NCBI GenBank assembly: GCA_963774105.1 | Contig: CAVZDV010000003.1 | Coordinates: 4,236-68,235, forward strand | Direction of reading: 5' to 3' | From: an uncultured Acidobacteriota bacterium | Lineage (GTDB): Bacteria; Acidobacteriota; Blastocatellia; Pyrinomonadales; Pyrinomonadaceae | Length of the DNA: 64,000 nt | Shown: positions 62,191 through 64,000 of the stretch, piece by piece | Layout: every line of letters starts with the position of its first letter | Position numbering within the stretch: the first letter of the stretch is position 1 | Notes under the pieces: generated by a model | What the model saw: only the letters and a program-made list of their open reading frames with translations | Databases searched by the model: none | Told to the model about the DNA's origin: nothing | Translations under genes and position numbers: made by a program

Positions 62191-62219
62191 TTGACAATGG
62201 TTGGCCGCTGTTGTAACCT
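62191..62219 (+). promoter_or_regulatory. Sigma70-like promoter candidate
   Basis: TTGACA, a 17-nt spacer, then TAACCT, preceded by the AT-rich TTAAAAATAGCGA. Lies at the head of the ORF-free pilM leader. Confidence 0.45.
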
Positions 62220-62344
62220 AACTTCGACGGTGGTTCTTAGACCGCCACGACAAGGGCTTTCGATGCCCTTTTGATTCCGTAGAGCAGGGCGCGGCGCGAA
62301 TACGCAGGCACTGGCGATTTCGACCGGGCCGCCTTTTGAAAGTC

Positions 62345-62430
62345 AACCGATAAAGGCACACCCCGCGCGAGCGGGGGCCGCAAAGCCAACGGGAGTCGGG
62401 CAGCCGACTCGGCCGGGCTGCCGAAGTGTG
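62345..62430 (+). ncRNA. Candidate c-di-GMP-I (GEMM-I) riboswitch aptamer
   Basis: GGCACA-CCCCGC-GCGA-GCGGGG-GCCGCAAAGCC superimposes on the remembered Vc2 core GGCAAA-CCAUUC-GAAA-GAGUGG-GACGCAAAGCC. A second hairpin follows at 62390..62415, then GGCUGCCGAAG. Same strand as pilM and about 300 nt upstream of it. Confidence 0.45.
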
Positions 62431-62727
62431 ACGGCCAATCTCGCGAAAAGACCTTTCGCCTTGTCCTTCCCGCTTTCACATTCGTTTTGACTTCGACGCT
62501 CGCACCCGAGTTGTTCAACCCCCGTTTCTCCCCCTGACTCTCGGGCGTCACTCGCGCCCGGGCACCATAAGGCCATGAACATTCGTCGCGTCGAGACCAC
62601 AATGAAACCCGCTAGCCAGATACCCCAGACCAAAGCCAGCAAACTGACGCGAGCGCGCAAGGCGCGACTGCGTCTGCGGCAACTCCATCGCAGGCAATCT
62701 TCGGTGTCGAGAGGAAAAGAGTAGATC

Positions 62728-63792
62728 ATGTTGAAAAGAGGTTTCGGCAAAAAGAACCTGGTCGGGGTGGACATCGGCTCCAGCTCCGTCAAAGCCGTCG
62801 AGTTGCAGGGCAAGCCCGGCAGCCTACAGCTCCTCAGCCTCGGCTACGAAAACCTTCAGACGGATTCCATCGTTGACGGGCAGATCATGGAATTGAATGA
62901 CGTCTCGAACGTCATCACCAACATCTTCCGCGAGCACCAGATCAAGACCGACCGGATCGCGGCCGGCGTCAGCGGCCACTCCGTCATCGTCAAGAACATC
63001 GTCGTCCCGCAGATGAGCGCCGACGAGCTTGAGGAGTCAATCGAGTGGCACGCCGAGGAGCACATCCCGTTCGACATCTCGGACGTGAGCCTGGACTACC
63101 AGGTCACGGGCTCCTCGCCCGACGCGCTCCACGTGCTGATGGCCGCCTGCAAGCGCGACAAGATCGCCAACGTCAAGCAGGCCATCCAGCTCGCCGGCAA
63201 GCAGCCCGCCGTGATTGACGTGGACGCCTTCGCTTTACAGAACTGCTACGAGGTCAACTACGAGCCGCGCCCCGGCGAGATCGTGGCGCTCCTGAACATC
63301 GGCGCGGCGACGATGAACATCAACATCCTGAACGGCAACCGCTCGGTCTTCACGCGCGACGTTTCGGTCGGCGGCAGCCAGTACACGGCTCTTTTGCAGA
63401 AGGAGTTCGACCTGACGTTCGACGAGGCCGAGGCGGTCAAGCGCGGGATGCCCGCGCCGGACGGCAAGGACGTGCAGGGCTTGGAGCAGATTTTGGAGAC
63501 GGTCTCGGACATCCTGGCCCTGGAAATCTCCAAGACGATGGACTTCTACCGCGCGACGGCCGAGGACGGCGACGGGACGGTGCAGAAGATTCTGATTTCG
63601 GGCGGCGGCTCCAAGCTCGCCGGGTTCCCCGAATACCTCGCCAACCGCTTCGAGATTCCCGTCGAGGTCTTCGACCCGTTCCGCCGGATCAAGGTTGACG
63701 CGAGGCGCTTCGACCCGGACTACATGCGCGAGGTCGTGCCGGAGATGGCCGTGGCCGTCGGTCTCGCTTTGAGGGGAGTGGACGCACAATGA
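62728..63792 (+). CDS. pilM: Type IV pilus assembly ATPase-fold protein PilM
   Basis: VGVDIGSSSVKAVEL actin-like N-terminus. IDVDAFALQNCYE, LNIGAATMNINIL and ILISGGGSKLAGF motifs. Followed by pilN with an ATGA overlap. Confidence 0.92.
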   Translation: MLKRGFGKKNLVGVDIGSSSVKAVELQGKPGSLQLLSLGYENLQTDSIVDGQIMELNDVSNVITNIFREHQIKTDRIAAGVSGHSVIVKNIVVPQMSADELEESIEWHAEEHIPFDISDVSLDYQVTGSSPDALHVLMAACKRDKIANVKQAIQLAGKQPAVIDVDAFALQNCYEVNYEPRPGEIVALLNIGAATMNINILNGNRSVFTRDVSVGGSQYTALLQKEFDLTFDEAEAVKRGMPAPDGKDVQGLEQILETVSDILALEISKTMDFYRATAEDGDGTVQKILISGGGSKLAGFPEYLANRFEIPVEVFDPFRRIKVDARRFDPDYMREVVPEMAVAVGLALRGVDAQ

Positions 63793-64000
63793 TCAAAGTC
63801 AACCTGTTAGATTCAGTGACCGACAGGTCGAAGGGCGTGGCCGCCGTCGAGCAGAAGGTGGCGAACCCGCGGATGCAGACGCTGCTCCTGGCGCTCGTCG
63901 TCTTCGGCCTGCTCACGGCCGGGATGCTCTACGACTACTACAGCTCGTCGAGCGCGCGCGAGACGGCGCAGGGCGAGAAGGTCGAGCAGGAGCGCATCCA
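63789..64000 (+). CDS. pilN: PilN, 3'-truncated by the window edge
   Basis: MIKVNLLDS... then TM helix LLLALVVFGLLTAGMLY and the start of a coiled coil. Position is directly after pilM. Confidence 0.8.
   Translation, partial: MIKVNLLDSVTDRSKGVAAVEQKVANPRMQTLLLALVVFGLLTAGMLYDYYSSSSARETAQGEKVEQERI

Noticed and set aside
62575-62724. 49-aa basic ORF (MNIRRVETTMKPASQ...) ending 3 nt before pilM
   Set aside because: It has no SD, mediocre codon bias, and is below the track threshold. It could be a leader peptide, but I cannot support it from sequence alone.
62170-62727. tmRNA, RNase P RNA, 6S or SRP RNA in the long ORF-free region upstream of pilM
   Set aside because: I looked on both strands for hallmarks: GGTTCGA-type T-arm plus CCA, GAGGAAAGTCCGGGC, ACAGAACCCGGCTTA, and the SRP GGAA motif. 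None were found. Only the GEMM-I-like core was recognisable.

Overview
GC-rich bacterial chromosomal window. The gene content and the intergenic palindromes suggest an Acidobacteria-like soil bacterium: secreted glycosidases and peptidases, a TonB receptor fronted by a carboxypeptidase-regulatory-like domain, and an acidobacterial-type VWA protein. That taxonomic guess is inference only.

I call about 60 protein genes, mostly housekeeping, envelope or stress functions. They include clpB (5'-truncated), an RR/TrxR-like fusion, HdeD, HtrA, GH44 and GH3 glycosidases, M1 and S8 peptidases, a MEDS hybrid histidine kinase, two PQQ-type dehydrogenases, a TonB-dependent receptor, nth, rdgB, HU, an AI-2E transporter, and pilM/pilN (3'-truncated). 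There are three minus-strand tRNA genes: His-GTG, Arg-TCT and Pro-TGG.

Most unusual content:
1. tRNA-Arg(UCU) is split in its anticodon loop by a 223-nt ORF-less group I intron. Its complete P1-P10 core can be drawn by eye.
2. 68 nt downstream, an AT-rich HNH endonuclease ORF sits between a truncated tRNA-His 5' half and an intact tRNA-His.
3. A GEMM-I (c-di-GMP-I)-like aptamer lies in the ~650-nt leader of pilMN.
4. A 13 x 21-bp phased array of TAATCAC-NN-GTGATTA dyads lies between two convergent genes.
5. A 134-bp MITE has 9-bp target-site duplications, and at least five further palindromic repeat families are present.
6. There are two decayed accessory patches: an IS982 relic truncating a hybrid kinase plus an ORF-free AT-rich stretch plus a tRNA-Pro 3' relic, and an IS5 relic plus an AT-rich orphan membrane protein.

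I saw no CRISPR array, rRNA, prophage or recognisable multi-gene defence system. Many long ORFs in the track are antisense or shadow ORFs typical of high-GC DNA and are not called. All family assignments come from motifs read by eye, with no searches run.
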